Positions 55,054-64,000 of a stretch of DNA of 64,000 bases are shown piece after piece (the first letter of the stretch is position 1; every line of letters starts with the position of its first letter). The stretch lies in NCBI GenBank assembly GCA_964372135.1, contig CAYJPS010000002.1, forward strand, positions 1,979 to 65,978, given 5' to 3'. Position numbers and translations under genes: made by a program. The notes under the pieces are model-generated. The model was not told where the DNA came from. It saw nothing but the letters and a program-made list of their open reading frames with translations, and ran no database searches. Source of the DNA: an uncultured Treponemataceae bacterium. GTDB lineage: Bacteria; Spirochaetota; Spirochaetia; Treponematales; Treponemataceae.

Positions 55054-57162
55054 ATGCATATTGAGGAACTAAAACGAGAACTAAACCCTGAACAACTTAG
55101 AGCAGTAACAACAACCGAGGGAGCCTTATTAATAATTGCTGGAGCAGGGAGTGGAAAAACACGGGTAATAACATATCGAATTGCCCATATGTTAAACGAA
55201 GGGATTCCTCAAAGTCAAATACTCGCCCTAACCTTTACCAACAAAGCAGCAAAAGAAATGGAAGAGCGAATAAAAGAGCAAACTCAAAAAAAGCTCACTC
55301 ATTTAACGGTTTCTACGTTTCACGCTTTTGGCGTGCGAATACTTAGACACGATATTGTACATCTTGGCTGGAGAGAAAATTTTTCAATTTACGATGAAAC
55401 AGACAAATCACAGCTTATAAAAGAAGCAGGGCGAGAACTTGGTTTTACACAAGACGCACTTGATGTATATAAAATTGGATCCCTTTTTTCAAATATCAAA
55501 TCAGGAAGATGGTCATGGGATGGTGAGGACGGAAGACCAAAAGTACACTCAGTCAACGACATTTACCGTCCTCTTTTTAAAAGCTATCAAGAAGGACTGA
55601 AATTATTCAATGCTGTTGACTTTGACGATCTTATCGCCTTACCTATTCGCCTTTTTAAAGAGCACCCTGAAGTGCTGGAAAAATACCGAGAAAGATTTAA
55701 GTACATTATGGTTGATGAGTTTCAAGATACCTCTTTGCAACAATACGAGTTTATGCATCTTTTAGCACATGAGAATGTTGCAGTTGTTGGTGATGATGAT
55801 CAATCGATTTATTCATGGCGAGGTGCAAATTATGAGAACATCCTCATGTTTGAAAGAGATTTCCCTAACGTCGCTGAAATTAGGCTTGAACAAAACTATC
55901 GTTCAACTGAAACAATATTAGCAGCAGCGAATGGTGTAATTGCAAATAACACCAATAGAAAAGACAAGGCTTTGTGGTCAGGAAATGGATCTGGAAAACC
56001 TATTGAGCTTTTCTTTCCAGAAAATGACGCAGCTGAAGCAGATTTTATAGCGGAAAAAATACTTTCGATACAAGCAGAAGAAAAGCTTCGTTTTGGCGAG
56101 TTTGGTGTTCTTGTTCGCGCTAATACACTTACACAAAGTTTAGAAGAAGCTTTTTTAGATTCAAATATTCCCTACACAGTTTCAGGTGGTACAAGTTTTT
56201 TTCAAAGAAAAGAAATTAAGGATATTATCAGCTACCTACGAGTATGTTCAAATCACCATGATGATATTAACCTTTTGCGTATAATAAATACTCCGAGGCG
56301 TGGTGTTGGAAGAAAAACAATAGAACAGCTAAATGCAATTGCAAAAGAAAAATCATGCTCTCTTTGGGAAGCCATTGAATATCATATTGATGCTGAACTT
56401 GAAAAAAAACATAATAAAAACAGTAATCAAGAAATGTTTTCAACAGAAGAAATGGGCTCACCTGATATTCATTCAACGGTACTTTCTGCAGGAGTAAAGG
56501 GCTTACAAGAGTTTCATGAACTCATTACCACCCAACGAACTCACCTTTTAGGCGGAGGAAAGGGCCTTGGAAAAAGGGTAAAAGAGCTCGTTGATGAGGT
56601 AGATTATTGGTCACATTTAGTAGGTGAACATCAAAAGAACGAAAAGGCTGCGCGCTTTAAGTACTTAAACATAGAGCACCTTATAAACTCAATCACCCAA
56701 TGGGAAAATAATCCTGATAACTTTGACACAGGCCTTTACGCATGGTTAAACCGCATTACCCTTTTATCAAGGGATGACCAAGAAGATGATTCATTATCGG
56801 GAAAAGTAAATTTAATGACTATTCATGCATCAAAGGGATTAGAGTTTCCAGTGGTATTCATCGTGGCTTGCGAAAATGGTATTATACCACATGCCAGAAG
56901 CATAGAAGAAGATGAAAAGAACATTGAAGAAGAACGTCGTCTTTTTTATGTAGCTATAACTCGAGCACAAGATAAGCTATTTATTACATCGTGTAGAAAA
57001 CGCAAAAGAAACAAAGAACTTATGGAATCAGAACCTTCACCCTTTTTAGAAGAAATACCTTCTGAGCTTGTAGCATTTCATGAACCAGAGATAGAGTCTG
57101 ATGACATGGCTATTGAAAAAATGTTTGCTCACATGAAAGAAAAATTCGGCACTGAAGGGTAA
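55054..57162 (+). CDS. ATP-dependent DNA helicase, UvrD/PcrA/Rep family
   Basis: SF1 motifs: AGAGSGKTRVI, TFTNKAA, VDEFQDTS, VGDDDQSIYSWRGA, NYRS, TIHASKGLEFPVVF and YVAITRA. Confidence 0.92.
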   Translation: MHIEELKRELNPEQLRAVTTTEGALLIIAGAGSGKTRVITYRIAHMLNEGIPQSQILALTFTNKAAKEMEERIKEQTQKKLTHLTVSTFHAFGVRILRHDIVHLGWRENFSIYDETDKSQLIKEAGRELGFTQDALDVYKIGSLFSNIKSGRWSWDGEDGRPKVHSVNDIYRPLFKSYQEGLKLFNAVDFDDLIALPIRLFKEHPEVLEKYRERFKYIMVDEFQDTSLQQYEFMHLLAHENVAVVGDDDQSIYSWRGANYENILMFERDFPNVAEIRLEQNYRSTETILAAANGVIANNTNRKDKALWSGNGSGKPIELFFPENDAAEADFIAEKILSIQAEEKLRFGEFGVLVRANTLTQSLEEAFLDSNIPYTVSGGTSFFQRKEIKDIISYLRVCSNHHDDINLLRIINTPRRGVGRKTIEQLNAIAKEKSCSLWEAIEYHIDAELEKKHNKNSNQEMFSTEEMGSPDIHSTVLSAGVKGLQEFHELITTQRTHLLGGGKGLGKRVKELVDEVDYWSHLVGEHQKNEKAARFKYLNIEHLINSITQWENNPDNFDTGLYAWLNRITLLSRDDQEDDSLSGKVNLMTIHASKGLEFPVVFIVACENGIIPHARSIEEDEKNIEEERRLFYVAITRAQDKLFITSCRKRKRNKELMESEPSPFLEEIPSELVAFHEPEIESDDMAIEKMFAHMKEKFGTEG

Positions 57163-57425
57163 TTCCTAATTTTTGCGTATACCACAAAGACTGGTCATTA
57201 TATATCCACAGATTAAAGGATTACGCAGATTTTTATTTTTGAGTGCTTAAAATTTATTATGCTCACCACAAAAAACTAAAAAAATTATATTATTATTGTA
57301 AAGGAATCTCACTATGAAGATAACATCTCTGTAGCACTGTCAAATAAAAATCCCATAAATCTGTGTAATCTGTGGTTCCCTTTCTTCCTTGCTCTACCCA
57401 CCCGCCAGATTCGTATTCATGAATT
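57163..57425. repeat. family 1 composite repeat element between the convergent helicase and 57428 genes
   Basis: In order: taattcctaatt (contains the helicase stop), taccacaaagactggtcat, atccacagattaaaggattacgcagatt, an interior, then aatctgtgtaatctgtggttccctttcttccttgctctacccacc. Confidence 0.7.
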
Positions 57426-57427
57426 GT

Positions 57428-57868
57428 TTACTTAACCTGGCTATACAGTCCTGCAATTTCTTCTCGCCATGGAGAAGGTGAATCGCGATCTTCCCAATCT
57501 ATTGTCTTTACAATGGAAAACTTACGCAAGTCATGAGGGTTTTCAAAATGCACTACTGCAAAGCGCCCTTGCCCAATATAAGTGATTTTTTGCCCTTCTT
57601 CGAGATTTTCAGTTTCATTTAGTTTAGAGAGCACACAATCAAAATGAATTGCACCGCCTGTTTTTTTGTCTACCAAGGCCGAAACAAGTTCATGAATTGG
57701 GCGAGAACAATATTCACATGTTATAACATTCTCTTTATGAAGCCGAATAGCTTCTGAGTTCTCTGCAACAAAGGCTACTTCTGAAGTTTTTTCTAGTCGT
57801 TCTTTTTTTTGATTGTCGCGTCGATTTCTATTGTTCCACTTTTTCTTATGTTTCTTAGTATGATCCAT
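57428..57868 (-). CDS. hypothetical protein with a basic N-terminus and a Cys/His cluster
   Basis: Start at ATG 57868 (AAGGA upstream): MDHTKKHKKKWNNRNRRDNQKKE..., then CEYCSRPIHE...HFDC, a possible zinc ribbon. Confidence 0.5.
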   Translation of the reverse strand: MDHTKKHKKKWNNRNRRDNQKKERLEKTSEVAFVAENSEAIRLHKENVITCEYCSRPIHELVSALVDKKTGGAIHFDCVLSKLNETENLEEGQKITYIGQGRFAVVHFENPHDLRKFSIVKTIDWEDRDSPSPWREEIAGLYSQVK

Positions 57869-58007
57869 TGCGTTTTCCTTATTTATTGCTTGTAATAAAA
57901 TCAGCGGACTGCGAGTCAAAATCATGCATCAATGTATAATATCTATTTCATTGATAACATGATTTTATTACACAGCATTCGCAACCTCAAGGAAACACTA
58001 CATACAA

Positions 58008-58193
58008 TTAGTACACCTTTGGTTGCTCTACAATTCGCTTACTTAATACTATAGCAATTACTTGCACAGCATTGTTTATGTAAGCTGAATCTTCGATTTT
58101 TGTTCGCATTGCGAGGATTTTTTCCGAGACACTATTGACACTTGATATGACACTAGAACTCACTTGACTCTTTTTTAAACCACTCATATTCAC
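58008..58193 (-). CDS. small hypothetical protein
   Basis: 61-aa ORF whose ATG overlaps the stop of the YraN-like gene (ATGA). No motif. Confidence 0.3.
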   Translation of the reverse strand: MNMSGLKKSQVSSSVISSVNSVSEKILAMRTKIEDSAYINNAVQVIAIVLSKRIVEQPKVY

Positions 58194-58558
58194 TCCGAAA
58201 AGGCATCTTCTATATGATACACTGAAGGAAACCCAGGCATATCGACAACAAGCACATCAAATCTAATGTAGCCCTGTATATATTGTCGATTAATCTCCAA
58301 AAAACATTTAGCCGTTTCAACGATTTTTTTTTGTTTTATTTTACCTAGGACTATTTCAAGCGTCTCGGCAGTACTATTTGTGAGTGTTTTTACTTCAAAG
58401 AACACTAAAACACTGTTCTTCAAAGCTATTATGTCAATTTCTCCTCGTCTATTCCTCCAATTACATGCAAGTATTGTATAACCTTTTTCGGTCAAAAAAT
58501 CACGAGCCTTTTTTTCACCTATTGCACCGCGCTCTTTTTTTGACCTATATTCTATCAT
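58190..58558 (-). CDS. YraN family (UPF0102) endonuclease-like protein
   Basis: 122 aa with GEKKARDFLTEKGYTILACNWRNRRGEIDIIA and VFFEVKT motifs. Confidence 0.8.
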   Translation of the reverse strand: MIEYRSKKERGAIGEKKARDFLTEKGYTILACNWRNRRGEIDIIALKNSVLVFFEVKTLTNSTAETLEIVLGKIKQKKIVETAKCFLEINRQYIQGYIRFDVLVVDMPGFPSVYHIEDAFSE

Positions 58559-58561
58559 AAT

Positions 58562-59692
58562 TTAAATAAAGTTACTTATTTCGTTTTGCTTTAAAGCTCT
58601 TGCTATTGTTATCTCTTTTTGTCCTTGCAAATCAACAATATTATTTAAAGGTAGTGCAATTGATTTTGATGCAGTTATCTTTATAGTTGGGAAAAAAGGT
58701 GCTTCAGCATTTACTTTAATAATTTTGGCAACACTACCATCACTTAGTAATACGTGAGAACCAACTGGATACAAACCAATACAAGATATAAATGCCTTAA
58801 GAACAGCAGGGTCAAATTTTGCTCCCTTATCGGCTAATAATGTTTTAACTGCGTCATGTGCAACATAAGAATGGCGGTACGATCTTTCTGAAAGCATAGC
58901 TTCAAAAGAATCTGTAACAGCAAGCACTCGAGCAGGTAGGTATATTTGTTGTCCAGATTTTCCTTCTGGATAGCCTTTACCGTCCCATCTTTCATGATGT
59001 TGCATAACAATTAAAGCAACTTCCTTAGGGTATGATAATGTTTCCAAAATTGTTGCGAGTACTTTTTGTGAATGTGTTTTTATTCGATAGAACTCATCAT
59101 CTGTTAATTTACCTGGCTTGTTAACTATTTTCTCTGGTTGTTTAACCATATCAATATCATGAAGCAATGCTGCGGTAATTATAAGCAAAATATCTTTTTG
59201 GGGAAACTTCATTTCATGAGCAATTAATGCAGATAAGACAGCAATGTTCACCGCATTAACTACAAGAGGTTTATGCCCTTTAACAGTAATGAAACTTATT
59301 CCTGCCATAAAAGATTTTTCATCGCTCATCATTCCATAAATTCCCTTTACACTTTCGTCTACAAGGTTTTTATCAATTGTTGAGCCCGATTCATACGCAA
59401 GGAATACTTTTTCCATTTCTTTAATTATTTGAACATATTTTGATAAAAGAGGATTTTCTTCATCTTCATCAAGATCATCTAATAATTCAAGATCATCAAG
59501 ACCTTCATCTGCAGATTCTATTTGCTTGCCATATGTAATAACTTTTTCAATATTCCATCGGCGAACACTATCAAGATGCATTCTTCCTACAGGCATCCTC
59601 TCTGCTAAAAACATATTTTTACCATCGTCAAATAGTAACGGAGATGAAAAAATCATTCCTTCTTTTAATGTCTTTGTGTTAATTTCTGTCAT
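58562..59692 (-). CDS. HD-GYP domain protein (putative c-di-GMP phosphodiesterase)
   Basis: AALLHDIDM and HHERWDGKGYPEG motifs, plus an N-terminal non-catalytic region. Confidence 0.8.
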   Translation of the reverse strand: MTEINTKTLKEGMIFSSPLLFDDGKNMFLAERMPVGRMHLDSVRRWNIEKVITYGKQIESADEGLDDLELLDDLDEDEENPLLSKYVQIIKEMEKVFLAYESGSTIDKNLVDESVKGIYGMMSDEKSFMAGISFITVKGHKPLVVNAVNIAVLSALIAHEMKFPQKDILLIITAALLHDIDMVKQPEKIVNKPGKLTDDEFYRIKTHSQKVLATILETLSYPKEVALIVMQHHERWDGKGYPEGKSGQQIYLPARVLAVTDSFEAMLSERSYRHSYVAHDAVKTLLADKGAKFDPAVLKAFISCIGLYPVGSHVLLSDGSVAKIIKVNAEAPFFPTIKITASKSIALPLNNIVDLQGQKEITIARALKQNEISNFI

Positions 59693-59936
59693 ATTCCCTA
59701 ACCTTTTTTAAAAAAGCAAATATTCCTGCTAATACTTCGTATGTTTCAAATGGAACACATTGTCCAATGTCATGAAGCAAAAGCACCGATGCAACCTCAC
59801 TATCACTCACTACAGGCACATCATTATCTTTAGCAATTTCTAGCATTTTTTCTGCCACAGCACCGCTACCTTTATACGCAATAAATGGAGCTGGAGCACT
59901 CTCTGGGTATTGCAAAGCTATAGCAGTCTTTTTCAT
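59679..59936 (-). CDS. FlhB C-terminal-domain-like small protein (EscU/YscU/HrcU family paralog)
   Basis: 85 aa. AIALQYPESAPAPFIAYKGSGAVAEKMLEIAKDNDVPVVSDSEVASVL resembles the post-cleavage cytoplasmic domain of FlhB. Confidence 0.7.
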   Translation of the reverse strand: MKKTAIALQYPESAPAPFIAYKGSGAVAEKMLEIAKDNDVPVVSDSEVASVLLLHDIGQCVPFETYEVLAGIFAFLKKVREYDRN

Positions 59937-61075
59937 TATACATCAAGCTTAACAACCGATATGATTGAATCTACAGTAAAAATACCAGCGCCTAAAAGCT
60001 TTTCTGAATACTCAACAGTACAATGTAAGTCCTGCGGTAGACATGTTCGGAGTAAATCACATAATTTGTGTTGACTCTGAATAGATTCAGGCGTATCTGA
60101 GCAAAATTTTATTTCACATCGCTGTTTATTTGAAGCCTCTCCTTCACATGTATATTTTACCATAAGAGTATAATTTTTTCCACCCAAAAAAGCAGAAATT
60201 ATCATTTTTTCTGTACTTTTTTTATCTAAATCTAACAACATTCGAATTACGCCTGCTATTTTAGTTTTTTCAACTCCATACTCAAAGGGAATAATGATCC
60301 AATGCGATGGATTTGTAGCATGATGGTTAATGAGTGTTAGCAAGCCTTTTTCTTTACCAAGGGCATCGGTTGCATTTTCAAACAACTGCGATAAAATGGG
60401 TGTATCGCCATAATCATCTTTTTCTTGATTTTCACTTTTTTCATCAATGGCTTGCACATCATCAAGAACCTTATTTTCCTCATTAGAATGAGCGCTCTCA
60501 TCTTTTTTTTTCCCACTTCCACCAAAATCATTGCTATATATAACTTTAAGAAGGGCACCTACCGTTTCTACATCTGCACTAATATCTTTTTGCTCTAAAA
60601 AAAGAGCAATCTCTGCGGCATCATCTTCATTTCCCGGAAATTGAAGAGCAATTGAGCGTGCTTTACTTGCTCTTTTTGCATCAAAGCTTATGCCAGATGC
60701 TTGAAAATATTGCACAATGCGCAACGACATACTATCGCTCTTTAAGCCTAATTCTTGCAAAAATCCTGATAACTTTGAAAGAGATTCTGCATTCGAAAGT
60801 AAAAAGGTTTGTACAGATTTTTGATTAGAGGAGTTTTCAGGGCTAAGAAAAATTTTCCCATCTTTAATAGTAACTTGGGCTGAAAATGCAGTTCCTGGTT
60901 GTAGTTGTTTTTGTGAAAAGACAGTATATCTACTACCAGCAAAACTCACAATGTATTCCCCTCCTCTTGCCTGTGAAAGCACACGAACAAAAATCTTGCT
61001 GCCATTTTGCAGTGTATTTTCATTTGAGCCCATCTTTGTTAATTGAATAGATGAAAGAAAATGTTCGCCGCTCAC
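59936..61075 (-). CDS. hypothetical protein, possibly FliK-like
   Basis: 379 aa, translationally coupled to the FlhB-CTD-like gene (1-nt overlap). The assignment rests on context only, with no strong motif. Confidence 0.3.
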   Translation of the reverse strand: MSGEHFLSSIQLTKMGSNENTLQNGSKIFVRVLSQARGGEYIVSFAGSRYTVFSQKQLQPGTAFSAQVTIKDGKIFLSPENSSNQKSVQTFLLSNAESLSKLSGFLQELGLKSDSMSLRIVQYFQASGISFDAKRASKARSIALQFPGNEDDAAEIALFLEQKDISADVETVGALLKVIYSNDFGGSGKKKDESAHSNEENKVLDDVQAIDEKSENQEKDDYGDTPILSQLFENATDALGKEKGLLTLINHHATNPSHWIIIPFEYGVEKTKIAGVIRMLLDLDKKSTEKMIISAFLGGKNYTLMVKYTCEGEASNKQRCEIKFCSDTPESIQSQHKLCDLLRTCLPQDLHCTVEYSEKLLGAGIFTVDSIISVVKLDV

Positions 61076-61992
61076 GGTGAGTCCTCGTCATTGGTATTAG
61101 TTTTGGCCACCAAGCGGTTTTCTACTTCTAAAATAACCTCGTCGGGCGTAGAGGCACCTGCAGTTAAGCCGACTCTTTTAAACGAAAAAAAAGTTTTTGG
61201 TATTTCTTGAGCTGTTTCAATATGGCAAACAGGTGCAGGTACGTTTTTTTTAGAATCCTGCAGAGTCAAGGATTTTGCTGTTTGATATAACCGTGTTGTA
61301 TTTGCAGAGTTTTTCCCACCAACAACAAGAATGGCATCAACGTCGCTACATAAATCTTTCAATGCTCCTTGCCGCTCTTGGGTAGCAGGGCAAATAGTCT
61401 CAAAAATAACGATTTTTTCGATAGCTACTTTGAGAACTTCGCGTACGTTATTGTATTCATCTTGAGTGATTGTTGTTTGACTAATTAATATCGCTTTATT
61501 ATTTATTGAGTTCTTTTCAACGAGCTCTTTTGCCTCAGCAGCATTTTGTAAAATATAATATTCACAACCTTCGGGGACAGATCCCGCTAAGGCAATTACT
61601 TCTCCATGATTTTTATCACCTACGATAAATATTGTATAATTGTCTATGGCATAATCATTAATTCGTTTTTGATTAATTAATACACGGGGGCATGTTGCAT
61701 CAATGATTTTCGCACCTGTTTTTTCAATATCATGCCTTACAGCTTTTGATGTTCCGTGGGCACTTAATATTACAACAGAAGGTTTTACACTTTCTTTTAA
61801 TGACGGAATAGCATTTTTATCCAAAACTTCAATGCCTTTTTCACGAAGCATAGTTATAGCAGTATTATTGTGAATGAGTGGACCGAGAGTATATATGCTG
61901 TGATTCGGATACTTAGTTAAGGCATTCATTGCCATATCGACTGCGCGTCGAACTCCCATACAATATCCTAAAATCTTTGCTCGAATAACCAT
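61072..61992 (-). CDS. ispH: 4-hydroxy-3-methylbut-2-enyl diphosphate reductase
   Basis: GYCMGVRRAV, GPLIHNN, SAHG, DATCP and a third Cys in ICPAT, with a C-terminal TAGASTP. Confidence 0.93.
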   Translation of the reverse strand: MVIRAKILGYCMGVRRAVDMAMNALTKYPNHSIYTLGPLIHNNTAITMLREKGIEVLDKNAIPSLKESVKPSVVILSAHGTSKAVRHDIEKTGAKIIDATCPRVLINQKRINDYAIDNYTIFIVGDKNHGEVIALAGSVPEGCEYYILQNAAEAKELVEKNSINNKAILISQTTITQDEYNNVREVLKVAIEKIVIFETICPATQERQGALKDLCSDVDAILVVGGKNSANTTRLYQTAKSLTLQDSKKNVPAPVCHIETAQEIPKTFFSFKRVGLTAGASTPDEVILEVENRLVAKTNTNDEDSP

Positions 61993-61998
61993 ACACTT

Positions 61999-62031
61999 AG
62001 TATAGTCAAAAATATATTTTTTTGCTATAGT
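61999..62031. promoter_or_regulatory. interlocked divergent promoters for leaderless ispH (minus) and sbcD (plus)
   Basis: On the minus strand TATACT (61999-62004) lies 6 nt before the ispH ATG. On the plus strand TGc-TATAGT (62023-62031) lies 5 nt before the sbcD ATG. Each -10 overlaps the other's -35 position. Confidence 0.5.
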
Positions 62032-62036
62032 TTTGT

Positions 62037-63260
62037 ATGCTAAATATTTTACAAACGGGCGATTTACATTTAGGGAAAGTCTTGTATGAATATTCCCTTA
62101 TCGAAGATCAGAGACATGTATTAAATTTGTTATTACTTGAACTTAAATCTTTTGCGTATGATGCACTTATCATTTCAGGCGATATTTATGATAGAGCCGT
62201 CCCAAGCCCAGAGGCAGTTAGTTTATTTGATGACTTTTTAACCCACATTAATAAAGAATTTCCTACCTTACCCATTTGTATTATTTCAGGAAACCATGAC
62301 TCACAAACAAGGCTTTCTTTCGCAAGCACATTCTTAAAAAGCAAAAATATTTATATCACCACTAACCCTGAAGATTGTGATACACCAATCATCATCACTT
62401 CAAAAAATAATGACCATTTTGCATTATACCAAGTACCTTTTTTACATCCAGGCTCACTTAAATCCAACGCAGGAGAATTATTAAAAAATCAAAGTGAACT
62501 TGTAGAGCAGGCCATACAAAGAATTCAAACTGCCCACAAAAAACTTCAAAAAGACAGAGAGGATAATACACTGCCTGCATTACTGAATTGTCATCTTTTT
62601 ACCCTGAAAGGAGCCACAAGCGATTCTGAGAGACTTTTTTTAGGAAATGCAGAGTTGATAGACCCAAAGCTATTCTCCTCATTTTTATATACCGCTATTG
62701 GTCACCTACATAAAAAGCAAAAGGTAACAAATAAAGCGTATTACTCTGGATCTCCCCTCGCCTATTCTTTTAGTGAAACAAATACTGAAAAAGGTTTCTT
62801 AAGAATTGAGCTTAATTCAAAAGACATTGCAGACATAACAGTTACTACTATTCCCATTATACCTTTACGCAAGCTTGTACAAGTAGAATCCAGTTTTGAA
62901 GACTTTGAAAAAATGACTAATCTTAAAGATGATTTTATAGAATTTACCTGCACGAACAGTATTCCAATTGAAAACATAGCTCCAAAGCTTCGCAAGAACT
63001 TTCGCTATTTGCTTTCAATTAAACAAAAAGCAATTACAAGCGCGTACCAAAACACAGAAGAATCGTTAGCAAACAGAAAGAGTCTATTTGAAAAAAAGGA
63101 TTCATTTCCTGTAAAAGAAATTCTAGGTAGTTTTTTAAAAAGTGTTGACTTAATGGCTGAAGAGGATACGTGCGAAGCAAACACAGAATGGAAAGACGCC
63201 ATAGAATTATTTGAATCTATAGCTAAACAAGTAGAGGCACACCAACATGAAGCCAATTAA
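62037..63260 (+). CDS. sbcD: exonuclease SbcD (Mre11-family nuclease)
   Basis: LQTGDLHLGK, ISGDIYDR, ISGNHDS and GHLH phosphoesterase motifs. Confidence 0.9.
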   Translation: MLNILQTGDLHLGKVLYEYSLIEDQRHVLNLLLLELKSFAYDALIISGDIYDRAVPSPEAVSLFDDFLTHINKEFPTLPICIISGNHDSQTRLSFASTFLKSKNIYITTNPEDCDTPIIITSKNNDHFALYQVPFLHPGSLKSNAGELLKNQSELVEQAIQRIQTAHKKLQKDREDNTLPALLNCHLFTLKGATSDSERLFLGNAELIDPKLFSSFLYTAIGHLHKKQKVTNKAYYSGSPLAYSFSETNTEKGFLRIELNSKDIADITVTTIPIIPLRKLVQVESSFEDFEKMTNLKDDFIEFTCTNSIPIENIAPKLRKNFRYLLSIKQKAITSAYQNTEESLANRKSLFEKKDSFPVKEILGSFLKSVDLMAEEDTCEANTEWKDAIELFESIAKQVEAHQHEAN

Positions 63261-64000
63261 TATACGTATAAATAATATTGGCCCTTTTGTTGGGAGCCAC
63301 ACAATTAATTTTGATAGTCTTGATAATATTTATGTAATAACCGGAAAAACAGGATCGGGAAAAACCACTATTCTTGAATGCATTACGTATGCACTTTACG
63401 GAAGATTACCTGGATCTAAGTCAAGTCACGACAAGAGGCACTTACGCTCCGATTTTTGTTCTTCTAACGAAGTAAGCAGCATTGTATTTGACTTTTCGCT
63501 AAATGGTACTACCTATCGTGTTGAAAGAACACTGCCTTACAGCAAGATAACAAAAAGAGGAACAAAGACAGAAGCAGACGAAACAGCACTACTCTACACA
63601 ATTGAAAAAGAAAGTCCACCCTTGCACAACGATCTCTTTTCAGATGATACAGGCTTAACGCTTTTAGAAAGTCAAAAATCAAAAGTGGACGATACCATTG
63701 AGGGACTTCTACTTCTTTCGATAGACGAGTTTACACGTATTGTACTTTTACCGCAAGGCGAATTTGCAACATTCTTAAAACAAAATTCAAAAGAAAAAAA
63801 AGGGCTTCTCTTAAAATTATTCCCCATTGAATTGTTTACAAGAATCACAGAAAAAATTAAAGAAGAAAAACTAGAAAAAAAAGCCGCCTTTGACGCACTC
63901 TTATTTCAAACTGAGCAATTAAAAACCTCATTTAATCCAGAGACAGCCGAAGAAGAAAAAGACAAGCTCGAAAAAGAATGTAAAACAATAAAAATCAATA
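63247..64000 (+). CDS. sbcC: exonuclease SbcC (Rad50-family ATPase), partial, continues past window end
   Basis: The ATG at 63247 overlaps the sbcD end by 14 nt. The sequence is MKPINIRINNIGPFVGSHTINF...VITGKTGSGKTTILECITYALYG (Walker A), then a coiled coil begins. There is no stop in the window. Confidence 0.85.
   Translation, partial: MKPINIRINNIGPFVGSHTINFDSLDNIYVITGKTGSGKTTILECITYALYGRLPGSKSSHDKRHLRSDFCSSNEVSSIVFDFSLNGTTYRVERTLPYSKITKRGTKTEADETALLYTIEKESPPLHNDLFSDDTGLTLLESQKSKVDDTIEGLLLLSIDEFTRIVLLPQGEFATFLKQNSKEKKGLLLKLFPIELFTRITEKIKEEKLEKKAAFDALLFQTEQLKTSFNPETAEEEKDKLEKECKTIKIN

Overview
AT-rich chromosomal segment that looks spirochaetal, most likely Treponema-like. This is inferred from gene content and order, not from a database search. 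The centre (30.6-53.9 kb, minus strand) is the large flagellar motor/export operon: flbD-motA-motB-fliL-fliM-fliY-fliO-fliP-fliQ-fliR-flhB ... flhA-flhF-flhG-hyp-fliA-FapA-like. Housekeeping genes flank it: serS, ileS, tRNA-Pro, smpB, tsaC, ispH, sbcCD, a UvrD/PcrA helicase, aconitase and an NDK-like gene. There are also two tandem Maf-type (flagellin glycosylation) genes, several lipoproteins and c-di-GMP-related proteins. The main anomaly is a ~6 kb island (39.55-45.62 kb) inserted exactly between flhB and flhA. It holds three co-oriented paralogous lipoprotein genes that share a signal peptide and a ~130-aa N-terminal module but carry unrelated C-terminal domains (DUF1566-like, FGE/sulfatase-modifying-factor-like, BspA-type LRR). 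These genes sit in a mosaic of highly similar non-coding repeat modules, and more diverged copies of those modules occur in other intergenic regions (3.48, 13.8 and 57.2 kb). A second recurrent signal is that at least seven genes have a canonical sigma70-type promoter whose -10 hexamer ends 5-6 nt before the ATG, with no Shine-Dalgarno sequence. This implies widespread leaderless mRNAs. tRNA-Pro ends 1 nt before the start codon of a TauE/SafE gene. I found no CRISPR array, transposase, integrase, reverse transcriptase or prophage genes. All calls come from reading the sequence and ORF translations; no searches were run.
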